A stretch of DNA of 64,000 bases. Origin: Takakia lepidozioides (Eukaryota > Plantae > Bryophyta). Under the pieces are notes generated by a model. It had not been told where the DNA came from. It was given only the letters and a program-made list of their open reading frames with translations, and did no database searches. The DNA lies in the NCBI GenBank assembly GCA_030704615.1, contig CM060733.1, forward strand, positions 74,524,001 to 74,588,000, given 5' to 3'. A program made the position numbers and the translations under genes. Positions 1 to 13,227 of the stretch are shown one piece after another (within the stretch, counting starts at the first letter, position 1; the number at the start of each line of letters is the position of its first letter).

Positions 1-3000
1 CACTTGGAAAACCATTGGTTGGCAAGTGTGGAAGGAAGTGGAGAGTCCTTCCAGGCACATACCGTGTCCTTGGAAAAGAGAGAAGACAATCAGCAGGATC
101 GGTCGTTACCCCTGGCACTGCAGCATCAGTCGTGCAACAGAAGGGCACAGTTCCTGTGAAACAAGAGGTGAGCACATCCACTACCTTCGTGACTCTTTCA
201 GACTCGTCCTCGGAGGATGTTTCTGAGATTCCTCCGCCAGTGCAGACTCCGTCATTGGATGATGACGAATTGCAAGAGATAACGAGTGTCATTCCAAAAT
301 TGAAAGCCCTCGCAGGTGTGCCTGGGTGCAAGAGCGAGCTGCGTTTTGTTGACTGGGAGTCCCTTCCTGTGCAACGGGTTCAATACGTGCCAGCACAGTT
401 TGATGGGGACATCCTGTTTGAGCTCAACCCTCCCACCTCTTCCACTGGACTGGCTGGGCTTTTACAGGGCATGGACAAGAAACATGACGGACATCTTTGG
501 TGCAGGACAAAAACGTCGAACATCCATAACGACATTGGCTTGAAATTTCGGAGGTCAGTCTGCGTTGGGCATTGTAAGTGCCAGAATATTTCTTGCCCTC
601 GCCTGAGAAACAGTGCTCAACCAAACGAAAGTGAGTGGGAAGGTGTGCCCCTGAATCCTTTCACCCCAGGGCTTGCCCCTCCCAGGACCAATACTTTCGT
701 GTGCAGGTTCTGCAAACTTTCCCCGTCCTGTGTTTCTGTGTGCCACGCTCGTATGTATCAGGTGGCACACCGATGCAAGACAATGACTCGTGCCTGCATT
801 CATATGGGTGCACACGAGCATCCTGTGTCCAAAGGAAGTTGCAGGGATAGCGTGGACATCGCTAGAAATCTGCTGAAGCAGGAGTTTCACAATGCCCCTT
901 GTGCAACACCTTCTGCTATAGCGCTTGCAGCTAGCAAGGCATTCCTGGAGAAACACATACTGGGTGAAGGGGATGCGACAGAACTTATGCTGGATGCAGA
1001 TTCGCTTAATGCAGTATGGACCATTTTTCCGTGTTTGAGCTCTCCCAATATTCGAAACCAGGTGAATGCACTCAGAATGGGCACAGGCACTGCTGGATTC
1101 ATGGACAACATTATGGACCTGAAACGGAGGAGTCGCTATGAATTCATTCAAAACAGTATCTTCCCTGGCCAGGGCTCGTCCAAGGTGTATTTGTTCAAGA
1201 TGTCCGCTGTGGGCGAAGGCAGTGGTGTGAGCATTGTCCGCCGTATGCAACCAGGAGGAGATTTGGCTAAATGTTGGTTAATGTTTGATCACTGCAAACG
1301 GGTGAAGGGTTGGACAACCATGGCGTGCCATGTGTATGATCCGGCGTACCAGCGTGTGCTCTCCATAGCAATTTGTGATATGCAGTCGGAGGACACTGAA
1401 TCCCAAATGCTCATGTGGAATTCGCTCTTGGCCGTCATGCAGCGCAATGGAATACAAAACACAAATTTTGCGGGCTTCATGGCTGATAGTGCACAGGCAA
1501 ATTTCAATGCAGTGCGACGCGTGTTTGGTTCGGGGGATCCTAAGGTCCCAATGGAAAATAGGGAGCGCACATGCCTCTTCCATTGGACTCAATCTCTGGC
1601 ACGTCATACAAAGCGCTGCATTCGCCCTGACCTGCAGTTGGAGCACAGAAGGCTCTGTCTCAAGTACAAGAATGCCACCTCAATGGGAGAAGCTGAGAGC
1701 ACTTACCAGGCAATCCGGGCTTGGTGGTTCTCCTTGGTGCTGCAACAGGTACCCACGTAAAGGAGTTGGAGGACTGGTTGGTTTTCTGGCACTTCAGGTA
1801 CAGACAGTGGGGAGCTTTCATGACGACGGTAAGCCTCTTCAATCCCAAAAACAGAAATTTTGCATCGTGCCTGTTCATTTGGGGTTCTTCGATTGTCACT
1901 TGAAGAACCTCTACCATTTGTTTTCGTTCCTGACATATCCATGTAATGCCTCCTGCAGGACATGTCCTTGGAGGACTTGGCCGACATGCCATCCTGTAAT
2001 TTGGCGGAGACTGTTCACAACGCCTGGATGCAGCAGTCTACCAAAGCAGGTCGTGACTTGTATGTGGCCACTGCTGATGACATGGTGCGTGCACTTACAC
2101 AACAAACCAGGTACCGCAATTTTCTGATGGGACGGGGTGGAGGCAAGGGCCCTGATACAACTTTGTTGATGCTAAGGGCTGCGAGTAGGTCCGGAGTCCC
2201 GTCAAAGATGGCCAGAGCTCTAAACAGATGCACTGAAGGATCCGCTCTACAATCCAGGATCCCCCATTTGGAAGGCGAGGAAAGATTTGGATCATGCAAA
2301 AGGAAATTGAACACTCTTCCAGGGTCAGATGGAGATTCCCATCGGCCAGACAGGGTCAATTTCTCTGTGCCAAAGGTGTCTCCACTGCAGACTGAGTCGT
2401 GTGCCGCCCCTTCCCAGGTGGGTCCTCCTCCAGTGGAGCACGTGCAGAACATACAAGCACAGCAGCGGGAATCCCATTGGAGGAGGCGGTGGCCATGGTG
2501 CAGGAATCCGATTGCATTGATAATGAGTGGCATATAGAACGCACCCCACCAGGATCTAGAGTGGCTTGCATGGCAATTCGGACCCCCTCATTCAAGAAAT
2601 GCAAATCAAAGATATGCAAAGGCTCCAGGGGGACTCCAGCTCCAACATTCACAGGGTTGTTCCGACCTTATCATAGTGGGGAGTCAAAGGACCACAAATT
2701 TTGGTTCTGCCCAGACGATATGGCACGATGCGTGAAGGGAACAGTTCGTCCTTCGGTGATAATGAACCCCCTCCCCCCGCAATTTGGCCTGTGCAAATTG
2801 GGACGTCGCTGTCATCAACCGAGATAAGCATGCTGGAGGAGGGAGGGTTCTGTCTTGCACGGTCCCGGGTGGTGCCCTCATGCACTGTCGGCACAGATGT
2901 GCCACATGCTCCGGCAATGCCGCCACCCTGTGCCACTCCCACCCAACAAAAAGAGATGGAAAAACAGTGCGCCGTTTCGCTTCAGGTGCAGATCACAAAT

Positions 3001-3368
3001 GCAAGATGGAATCTGCTAGAATTTTGCAGGCTCGGGTGTCTCGTATCACCGAAGTCCCTTCTCCGGGGTATGGACGGATTTACACAGTGCTGTCAATTGG
3101 GTCAGTTCTTCATGGCAAAGAATATCAGGTTACCGTCGGGAATTTCCCTTCGTGCACTTGTCCGGACTTTGTAACGATGCGTGAGGGCGCTCTCGGCATG
3201 AGGGGGAAGTGGGTCCCCTGCAGCATCAATATTACATATACCTTGTGATTATGTGTTGCGACGGTAAGAGAGACCAATTCATCCACCAAGCCACACTAAG
3301 CTATGGAGAAGTGAGACACCCTTCTACAGCGGGACACCTCGCGTGGAGCTCCGCCAACTTCTCTTTGA
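1..3368 (+). pseudogene. Mutator-like transposase (GCM-like ZnF, DDE, SWIM), frameshifted copy
   Basis: ORFs 15-1760, 1962-2537, 2399-2827 and 2784-3248. Motifs WLMFD, FMAD, CLFH, CNLAETVHN, CTCPDF. GT-AG intron 1829-1958. Several single-base indels relative to the copy at 37284-40848. Confidence 0.88.
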
Positions 3369-3787
3369 ACACATACGAGCCATGCCCGCTGCCCATGCTG
3401 GTTTGCAGGTTGCCGTGTGAAGACTTTGCACTTCTGACAAACATATGGATTTCGTTTACGGAACCAGGGCAAATGCACATGCAATTCATTGTAAGCGTCT
3501 ATCTGTGAATTGAAATAAACTGTGACAATCATTCTGAGCTCAAATCTGCCATGTTTTCATATTTCTGTTTTTGAGCGGGCATTGCACACATGGTGTGTGT
3601 TGGCCCCCTTTGTTTTGTCCACGGTAATAGGCCCTCTTCTTGCAATCCTCGCCTATAGGACCTTCTTCTCCAGCAGATTCGTGCCGCTCACGCTTCCCTG
3701 AAGCGTGAGCTCAGCTCACGCTTTGTAGCTTGAACGTGAGCTCAGCTCCCAGGCTCACGGGGCTGGGCTCACGCCGTAGCTACGCTC
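1..3787 (+). mobile_element. MULE element A, transposase-side part with terminus (opposite orientation to the complete copy; runs off window start)
   Basis: Near-identical reverse complement of 36865-~40655. Ends in ...GGGCTCACGCCGTAGCTACGCTC at 3787, followed by AATGTGACG, the reverse complement of the CGTCACATT flank at the right ends 13228 and 59573. Confidence 0.92.
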
Positions 3788-4077
3788 AATGTGACGGTAC
3801 GGTGCCGGCTTCTCCCCTTCAGCTGACATCATCCGGACGGCCCCCCACTTTCTGACTGCATACCGTTGGCAGTTATTGCGCAAAGATCAGGGGCCGCATT
3901 CCGGAGACAAGGTTCATTAACACTCTGACTGTGGATTTTTGAGATAGTTGGCTCCCTGGATTTGGATCAGGCTTCGTCACTCGGACAAATCGGCACCGCA
4001 TTCCTTCCCATCGCTGCATCCCCCTTCTACCAGGGAGCTTCCCCGCACGCCATCCTGGCAGTCTTGTGTCATCTCCC

Positions 4078-4474
4078 ATGGCGGAAAACCCGAGCGCTAC
4101 AGTGTACTGCCCTCCTCACGAGCATAGAGCTTCATTTCCGTGCAGAGGGGACATCTGTCGGGTGATGGAGAAATATCTGTGCGTTCGATACCACCTGAAA
4201 ACCGGGGTCGGTTTTTTTGGAGGAGGAAAGAAAGGACTCAAACGGCTTTGTTGTCGAGAGTATTGTTGTGCTCCACGATGATTTCGGCGATGGCAGGGAA
4301 TGGCGAGTTCCACCATTGGACAGCGTCATATACAGGGCTGTTGGGGACTTCATTTGCCCGACAAATGCACCTTCTATCCTGGCGCCTTCCACGAAACAAT
4401 CCGCGAATCAGAGAGTGGCTACCTCAAAGAGAGAAGTCCACAACGAAGTAAATTCAGGTTGTTCGAGCCGTAAA
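4078..4474 (+). pseudogene. N-terminal fragment of a paralogous transposase (element C)
   Basis: VMEKYLCVRYHLKTGVGF/LEEERKDSNG...GREWRVPPLDSVIYRAVG (frameshift in the T run near 4215) aligns with the element A N-terminus VHEDELVTVFPLKLGSLLVQKEVYDEDG...GRKWRVLPGTYRVLG. Truncated at the junction with element A near 4475. Confidence 0.6.
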
Positions 4475-5218
4475 TCCGAAATTTCAAGCCAATGTCGTTA
4501 TGGATGTTCGACGTTTTTGTCCTGCACCAAGGATGTCCGTCATGTTTCTTGTCCATGCCCTGTAAAAGCCCAGCCAGTCCAGTGGAAGAGGTGGGAGGGT
4601 TGAGCTCAAACAGGATGTCCCCATCAAACTGTGCTGCCCGTATTGAACCCGTTGCATAGGAAGGAACTCCCAGTCAACAAAACGCAGCTCGCTCTTGCAC
4701 CCAGGCACACCTGCGAGGGCTTTCAATTTTGGAATGACACTCGTTATCTCTTGCAATTCGTCATCATCCAATGACGGAGTCTGCACTGGCGGAGGAATCT
4801 CAGAAACATCCTCCGAGGACGAGTCTGAAAGAGTCACGAAGGTAGTGGATGTGCTCACCTCTTGTTTCACAGGAACTGTGCCCTTCTGTTGCACGACTGA
4901 TGCTGCAGTGCCAGGGGTAACGACCGATCCTGCTGATTGTCTTCTCTCTTTTCCAAGGACACGGTATGTGCCTGGAAGGACTCTCCACTTCCTTCCACAC
5001 TTGCCAACCAATGGTTTTTCCAAGTGCCCAGAATCCAAATTCCCATCCTCGTCATACACCTCTTTTTGAACAAGGAGAGAACCCAACTTCAGCGGGAACA
5101 CTGTAACCAGCTCATCCTCATGAACAACTGCAAACCCATCGTCGTCTGCAGTGGCAGTCAGTGGAAGAGTACCTGCATTGGAATGGAATCGAGCAAGTGT
5201 ATCTCGCTCCCTCGACAT
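4475..5218 (-). pseudogene. 5' fragment of element A transposase
   Basis: ORF 4484-5230 matches the N-terminus of ORF 38752-40860 and breaks just after the KHDGHPW motif. Confidence 0.85.
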
Positions 5219-6165
5219 GTTTTCCCTCACTGAACGAAAGTTGCGGAATCCTCGAACTGATAGCCCGCAATTACCGAAAGGGGAATTAAGACAAGCAAAC
5301 CGAGGTCAACAAGGCTAGCTCCAATCCAAAGGTTGCAGGTGATGCATGCAAAGGATGTAGGGATGAGATGCACCTTCATTTCGGAAACAGCAACGCCAAG
5401 AGGCACTAACCAGAAAAACTGTTTTCAAATACTACAAGAAGCCGTGCTGTTTATGGATGAAAACAAACACTGAAAACGACATGAAACCATCCATTATGAA
5501 AAGACGGCAACAACCCTGGAGAGCAGTAAACAGGAAGACCACAAATGTCATGAGGTTGTGCTGTGCCAGAAGAGCACAGCACAAACACTGACACTGCAGA
5601 AGATACCTCGCACGAATGCGTGCCAGACATGGTCGTATCCGACAGAACCCTTTATGCCGAATGACCCCATGGCGACGGTAACGGTAAACTGCAAACCACA
5701 GGGTAGGCAGTACAACACACGTGGATGCATATGTGAAGCATAACAATTATTGCGGATCTGCAAGAACTGCTCGAAAATGAACTAGCATTAGATTTCTACG
5801 GCACATCCGAATTTGAAAGAAAGCAAGAAGGCCGCGGTGTATTGGCAGGCGGCGTAGTACATCTGACATATATCGCTAGTGCATGAAACGGATGTACTTT
5901 TTTTCTTGCGCTTTATTGCTTGGATAATACGGAGACGATGGAATGGATGAATTCCGTTCGCACACAATAACAACACCCGCATCCAAATATGGTTGATAAC
6001 GTCCAATTTCGATTTTGGTTACATGCCATAGCAGCACTTGTTACAAACGTCAAACTGGAGAGCTCTAGAGGCATCGTGGGGAGCCCTTGTTTCCAGCGTA
6101 GGAGGAAGAGAAGGAAGTCACTATACTTCACGAGCTCTAGAAACAGGAATAGAGCCAGAGATAGA

Positions 6166-9100
6166 ATGAGGATGGAACGAGTGGACGAAGAGGAAAAGGA
6201 GGTAGAAGAGGGAGTAGAGAAAAGTGTGGCGATGGAGGAGCAGGAATCAGCAGAAGAACAGCAGCCCGCCATAGTTCCAAGGACAGATGAAGAGGACACC
6301 GCATCTGAGGGAGAGACAGACGAGATGGAAGAGGATGTTGAAGGTGGCCTCACGAGGAGTCTGCCTGCGGGAAAGAGGAAGGGGGAGAGGCTCACGTACA
6401 CGCTCGGCGCAGAGAGCAGCCCGAAGCGCAAAGGGTCCCCGGCAATTGGGGAGTCTTCTGGAGCAGCCAAGAAAAAGGTGAAATTCTTAAGACCCACATT
6501 TCTGTTTCGTTGCTGATATGAATATAGCCCACACAGGACATCTGCACCATGCTGAAAGCATCGCAAACTGGAAGCCCAAACAGTGTGCGGCAACGCACAC
6601 TGTTTGGGCCTACCAATTTGCTTGATTGTTCAGGTGCGAAACGCCCAAACTTGGGCACTACAGCAGGTTCAACACAACCCAAATTGCAACCTCAAACAGT
6701 GTGAGTTGAGCTGAACATTTCACTGCTGTTTCCGTCTGGATATCGGTTTTCCAGGATATGTATGTCAGGACGACAGAACCCTTCAGTGGCAGCTCAAACA
6801 GTGTGCGTTGGCGCACACTGTTTGAGCTCTACATGTCACGGTTTTCTCCGTGTCGAATTCGTCCTTTAGGGCACGTTTCTGATGATGGAATAACCATTCA
6901 GTGGCAGCTCAAACAGTGTGCATTGGCACACACTGTTTGAGCTCTACATGTCACTGTTTTATTGGTGTTAAAATTCGGCAGTTAGGGCACGTTTCTGAGG
7001 ATGAAATAACCATTCAGTGGCAGCTCAAACAGTGTGCGTTGGCGCACACTGTTTGAGCTGTACATGTCACTGTTTTTTACAGTGTGCGTTGGCGCACACT
7101 GTTTGAGCTGTACATGTCACTTTTTTTTTGTGTTAAATTCGGACTTCCAGGGCAGGTTTATGATGATGAAATAACCATTCAGTGGCAGCTCAAACAGTGT
7201 GCGTTGGCGCACACTGTTTGAGCTGTACATGTCACTATTTTTTTAGTGCTAAATTCGGACTTCCAGGGCAGGTTTATGATGATGAAATAACCATTCAGTG
7301 GTAGCTCAAACAGTGTGCGTTGGCGCACACTGTTTGAGTTGAACATGTAAGTGTTTTTTCAGATTGAAATTCGGCATTTAGGGCACGTTTCTGAGGATGA
7401 AATAACCATTCAGTGGCAGCTCAAACAGTGTGCGTTGGCGCACACTGTTTGAGCTGAACATGTAAGTGTTTTTTGGTGTTAAAATTCGCATTTAGGGCAC
7501 GTTTCTGAGGATGAAATAACCATTCAGTGGCAGCTCAAACAGTGTGCGTTGGCACACACTGTTTGAGCTGTACATGTCACTGTTGTTTTGGTGTTAAATT
7601 CGGACTTCCAGGGCAGGTTTGTGATGATGAAATAACCATTCAGTGGCAGCTCAAACAGTGTGCGCCAATGCACACTGTTTCAGCTAAACATGTCACTGTT
7701 TTTTTGGTGTTAAAATTCGGCATTTAGGGCACGTTTCTGAGGATGAAATAACCATTCAGTGGCAGCTCAAACAGTGTGCGTTGGCGCACACTGTTTGAGC
7801 TCTACATTTAAGTGTTTTTCCGGTTTAAATTCGGCATTTAGGGCACGTTTCTGAGGATGAAATAACCATTCAGTGGCAGCTCAAACAGTGTGCGTTGGCG
7901 CACACTGTTTGAGCTCTACATGTCACTGTTTTATTCCGACTTCCAGGGCAGGTTTATGATGATGAAATAACCATTTAGTGGCAGCTCAAACAGTGTGCGT
8001 TGGCGCACACTCTTTGAGCTGTACATGTCACTGTTTTTTTGGTGTTTAATTCGGACTTCCAGGGCAGGTTTATGATGATGAAATAACCATTCAGTGGCAG
8101 CTCAAACAGTGTGCGTTGGCGCACACTGTCTGAGCTGTACATGTCACTGTTTTTTTGGTGTTAAATTCGGACTTCCAGGGCAGGTTTATGATGATGAAAT
8201 AACCATTCAGTGGCAGCTCAAACAGTGTGCGTTGGCGCACACTGTTTGAGTTGAATATGTAAGTGTTTTTTTCGATTGAAATTCGGCATTTAGGGCACGT
8301 TTCTGAGGATGAAATATCTTGGAGTTTACAATGAACACTTATCTGGCACAAGTAGATGTTCAATGATCATTTATATGGCAAGTGAAACAGTGTGCGTCAA
8401 CGCACACTGTTTGAGCCCACTTTTACATTGTCTTTTTCTGTGGAATTCGGCAACATAGGACATGTCTGTGAGGGTCAATGTACACTTACCTGGCAGCTTA
8501 AAATAGTGTGCGTCAACGCACACTCTTTGAGCCCACTTTTTCATGCCTCAGCCGTCGTTTCATGCCTCTCTAATATCAAGTTGAATGAACAACCCTGCAG
8601 GAGAAGATGCAAAGTGTGGCAGATGAGGTCCCTTCGGGTCAGGAGAAGGAGATAATTGTTGATGTGGACGATGAGTTCTATGAAAGCAAAGCCGCTGAGA
8701 TGCTGGGGGGTCAGAAGGTAAACTCTCAGCTTGTGTGCAAAGTATGCTTGCCCCGGGTGGGAGGTTGAAGATTCCCCTGTGTAGGTTGGTTTCCATGCCC
8801 GTCGTTCGTACACCCCTCGTCAAGGACATTCTCAAGCTGGAGGCCGAGTTTGTGCATGGGTATTTGGATGGATCCGCAGTCTTTTACGTTTCTACTAGGG
8901 ATTCCAAAGGTAATGAGCTCCTTGTGGATCAGTCAATCGTGGACTCCTGGGACCCCATTTGGAGTCAGCTGAACGAATCCTTCGAACTTCTTCTCTCCAG
9001 GAAACCTTCCACCCAGGCATTCTCGGGAAAGAGTTTCACGTTTGGGATGGGAACCACCGCTTGCTTGCATGGATGGCTGTCATTGGGAGGCTGCACTCAC

Positions 9101-12100
9101 AGGAGGAAGAGTGGCATTACTCTGTTCGATCGATGGTGCTGGATTGTGACGGGAACATGATGGGTCTTCTGATGGCAATGAATGATGTGAACAGGTTGGT
9201 TTCTCATTCTACATGTTCCACTTGTGGTTCCGTTCTTCTTTGATTGAAGACCTTGAATTTCATTCTGACTTGCAGATATCATTCTGCAGAGGAACGGAGA
9301 CATCGCATGTCAAAACGAGTTTGGTTCATACACTGTATAGGATACAAAGGATAGGGCAGATGCCCTTGACCAACTTCAAGACCATCCTTTCAGCGGAGAT
9401 GTACAAGAAGTGCGAAAGCTCCAAGACATCGGAAACGTGGTACTCGTTGACCCGTGAGGCTTTCATGGAGTACATGTACACGGTGAGATACATCTTCCTT
9501 CATCTGGTCTTCCATATTCCACATGTTTGTTTCTGTTTGTTTCCCTTGACCTTGTGCTGATGCAACTCTCTTGCATTCCCTTGCAGCAAGACATTGCAGA
9601 TGCAGGGGAGCGTGGCAAACTGGAATACTACAGCTCTACCCCTGAGGAGAGAAGGACAGCAAAGGGGGTTGAGAGTCGCATCCAGAAAGAGATGACCGCT
9701 ACAAGAAGGACTATAATGAGTGCTTTCGTGAAGCAGTTGAGAATTGCCGACCCATCATTCGGACCGCAGTTTCTCCTGGAGATAAAAAAACCATTATAAC
9801 AAGCCAGGCAAGCCAGAAATGGCCCAGGAGAAGTTGCACAGGTTGTCTACCGCCGTTGTGTCTCCAGAACAAAAGGTGAAGTGGCTACAGATATGGAACT
9901 CCGATCCCACAGTTAGGGATACCCACATGTTCCCAAGGCCGGAGAAAGAGAAGAAGACCCAGCGTGTCATTCCTGTCAGTGACAATGTGCTGGACACCTG
10001 GCTTCACAAGGCCACTTACTGGAGCCAGGTGTGATGTCCTTCCCTGTGTCACTGTCTTTTCTCTTTTCCTGTCCTTATCTTTCTATTGCCTCTTACATTC
10101 GCTGTGATTGCTTTTGGGTTCATTCTTGCATTTGTATTGTTTTGCAGTTGGAAGAAAGGGCCAGATCGGTTCTGCATACTCAGCTGGCTGACTATGGCAT
10201 CAGTATGATAGCACCGAAGGTGTCCTTCGAAGCATACATGAGGAAATGGAGAGCCACAGTGTGACACTCTTGTTTCTTTAGAGAGTTCAGCAAGGAGGGT
10301 GGCATCAGTCGAACAAATGAGCTGGACCAGCAAGAAAAAGGAGAGGAAGCCTGGAAACGATGCCTTTACAGGTGCACACTCTTGCACTACTTATTTGTGC
10401 TGTGGTTGCAATGTGTTGTGTGGCATACTTGTGAAGGGGGTCTTCCTGGTGTGATGGAAAAGTTGCCACACAATATTTCCATTGTAAAATGAGGCTGTCT
10501 CTTTTGCTGCAGGTACATAAAGTTTGTTCTCCTGGAAGAGAATTGCCTGGACAAACATCCGGATTTCGTGGACCTGTGGCTTGTCCCTGCTGGCAACCAG
10601 ACCATGTTTACTACTGGGATCTTGCATGACTGGGGCCCAGACCATCTTTCTTCTTGTGGTTGGTATTTGGATTGCCCTCCTTCTGAGACCCCAGCTCCAG
10701 AGGTGTCTTTGAGGAGAGAGAATGACCGTATTGCAGCCACTGCCGCAGCAGCCGACCTCAACATTCATGAACGTAATTTGAGGACTCTTGCAGAGAAGGA
10801 GCCTCCCGCTCAGGATACCCCAGGTAGAGGAAGAAAGGCAAAGGGAAAAGATGTTGTTGGTGTTGTTGGGAAGGGAAGGGGTAGAGGGAAGGTGGCACAA
10901 GGGCAGGGAAGTGTTGCAGATATTGGCCCTGTGGAGCATGTCCAGCAGACTCCACCGCATGGTAGGGGATCCGGGAGAAAAAACAAGGGGGTGGTTGATC
11001 CCAAGGACCCGTACCATGCAGTGGAACATCCCACGAGGGTCATTCGCCCAACCAGGTTGGAGATGGCCAACGTCGGGTTCCTTGCCATGATGGAGTCGAA
11101 GAAATCTGATTACAAGGGCGAGCCATCACCAGTGTGGGACAGGATTGTGCAGTTCCTCAGCACGGTGCGTGTTCTCTTTGGGTTCTGTGGCTTCTGTTGT
11201 TTTTGTCTGCTGTGGGCATGGATCGTTTCTAAACTTGTGAGAATTCCATTGTATTTTTGTTTGCAGGCTAAAATGACCAAATCCTGGGTGAACGGGAAGG
11301 AGAAGCCATATGCAGCCGAACTCATCATCTTGGACATCCCTGATGGGTTGGCAGTCCCGGATATCCCTCCATCGGGTGCTTGTCCGGGTTGGAATGCTTT
11401 TGATGAGCGCTACTGGCGGTGGGTTTTCTCCTTTTGCAACTTCTTCCTGTCCGATGCAGGTGTTTTGGTGCTCATCCAGTCCATCGACGGTCGGTGTCGC
11501 CGTGCACTTTCCAGCTATTTGAAAGCCTCGGGCATGAGAGTCGTGAAGACATGGAATTGTGTGAACAGCATGTACCTTACGAAGGGGGATCGTCCGGGAG
11601 AGATGGTGAGTTTGCCTTCTTCTTCCTCTTCTTGGTTGTTCTCGGATGGGGTTGTATAGGTCGCTCGAACTCATATGTAGGGGCCCGATTTTTTTTTGCT
11701 TCTTAGTTCCTTGTGGATGTCATGTTCGCAGACTCGTCTATTTGAAGCTGTTTGTCTCGTCCGGGTGCATCCACAAACGACTCCGGCCGGCATTACCGAG
11801 TTTGCCATCACTCATGGGGCCAAGTTCATAGATGACAGGACAGATCCCCCCCCCACGGATGACATGCATCACAACTACGTCGACAGCAACGTGTGCTTGC
11901 GAAGGGGGAATGGGGTTCCTTGGAGAGGGGCGAGGGAGAGGAGCCCGGCTTTCATTCAAACAATTGTAGAGTGCTGCACCTACACAGACGCCAAAGTTCT
12001 GGATTTGTCGATGGGCACAGGTTCGTCTCTTCAACATTCACATTTCATGAGGTTTGATTGAGCTTGCACTTTCAGCACTTCCCACCGTTCCGAATGTGTC

Positions 12101-12330
12101 TTCAATGTCTTCTTCATTCATTCTATTCCACTGCAGGTGCTTCTTACCACGCTTGCAAGGCCAGTGCGCGACATCTCTTTGGGATTGAAGGGGATGCTGA
12201 GATTTACAAGAACCTCCTGATGGGTTTGGGTGGACACACTTCTCAAGTCCTTCCGAAGCCCCGTCCCGTTGATACTGATACAGAGGAGACTTCTGACAAG
12301 GAGCTGGACTCCGACTTTGCCTGTGAGTAA
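6166..12330 (+). pseudogene. ParB/Srx-like + beta-class amino DNA methyltransferase-like cargo gene A, copy 1
   Basis: Nine GT-AG exons inferred. Acidic exon 1 ends in PKRKG...AKKK; exon 2 starts at 8601 and contains FHVWDGNHRLLAW. ELIILDIPDG near 11320; WRGARERSPAFIQTIVECCT...VLDLSMGT|GASYHACKASARHLFGIEGD at 11920-12200. Contains frameshifts and a TGA near 10263. Confidence 0.75.
6780..8310. repeat. Intronic tandem array, ~116-bp unit, ~13 units plus one partial, each with a 40-bp palindrome
   Basis: Unit core CAGCTCAAACAGTGTGCG-TTGG-CGCACACTGTTTGAGCTG; period 116 (8091 to 8207). Degenerate copies near 6575, 8385 and 8495. Confidence 0.95.
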
Positions 12331-13227
12331 GTTCAACCTTTGCATGCTTGCATTGTTGTTTCAATATCGAGAATCGCTGTTCTTGAGGCAAAGTGCACAT
12401 TGGAGACATCCTCTTTGTTGACTTGTGCATTGCATCATTGTATTAAAAATGGGGTTTTGTGGACATGTGCAGGAGTCCGCGTGCTTCCACTTGCCCTCCA
12501 GGGCTATCACACCTATTTGGACTTGTTTGCAGTCCTCCTCGGTCTTGCGTGCTACCTGTCTATGCGGAGGCACTCGCAGCAAGCATGTCCGTTCATGGGA
12601 CTCCGAGTCCACCTTACGACGGCCTTCGTAGAACACGTGGTGTTGGGGCCAGAATCTTTGTAGATGACATAGCACAGGAGGTGGACACTGATTGTGATGA
12701 CTGCGACACTTGATATGAAGTTTTCTTTTGGTTTAATTCTGGGCCAAATTTGAAATGGGATGGTTGTGTGTCCTTGTTGTCCTGTTTGCAATGTGTGCGT
12801 GGAATTCACATTCATGGTTACAAACTATTGTTGGAGATGGGGGTTGCATGGACTGCCTGGATTGTTCCTTCAATCTATTTGGTGTTTTGTGGACCTCACA
12901 GACTTAAGTACATTGCGAAAACAAACAAACCACTTTGGTTCGTGTAGAGCATCCTCGCATCATTTGCTAGTTGGTCCCCAAACTATTCCTGCTAGAAGAA
13001 TGGTTGGTGAATCCATCACGGTGAAGTCCACCTCATCAAAACTGTTCAGGCATTCTCAATTCTACCCAAATCAACCCGCGGAAATAGGTGACACCACTCG
13101 GAAATAGGTGACATCCGCGGAAATAGGCACTGTTTGCATGCTGACGTGGCGTGAGCCTGTGCTGGGCTCACGCTTTCCTGGGCTCACAGGCTCACGCCTC
13201 CGGGCTCACGGAATAGCACCCCCCCCC

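Larger units (their letters stand above)
4475..13227. mobile_element. MULE element A, left-truncated copy with right terminus
   Basis: Colinear with 40104-47887. Ends GGGCTCACGGAATAGCACCCCCC and is followed by CGTCACATT (13228-13236). Confidence 0.92.

Noticed and set aside
3873-4079. Minus-strand ORF as first exon of a cargo gene in element C
   Set aside because: Its ATG overlaps the probable transposase start, and it has no similarity to gene A exon 1.
6780-8310. CRISPR array (palindromic repeat plus spacer appearance)
   Set aside because: The spacers are near-identical variants of two types rather than unique sequences, there are no cas genes, and the array lies in a spliceosomal intron.
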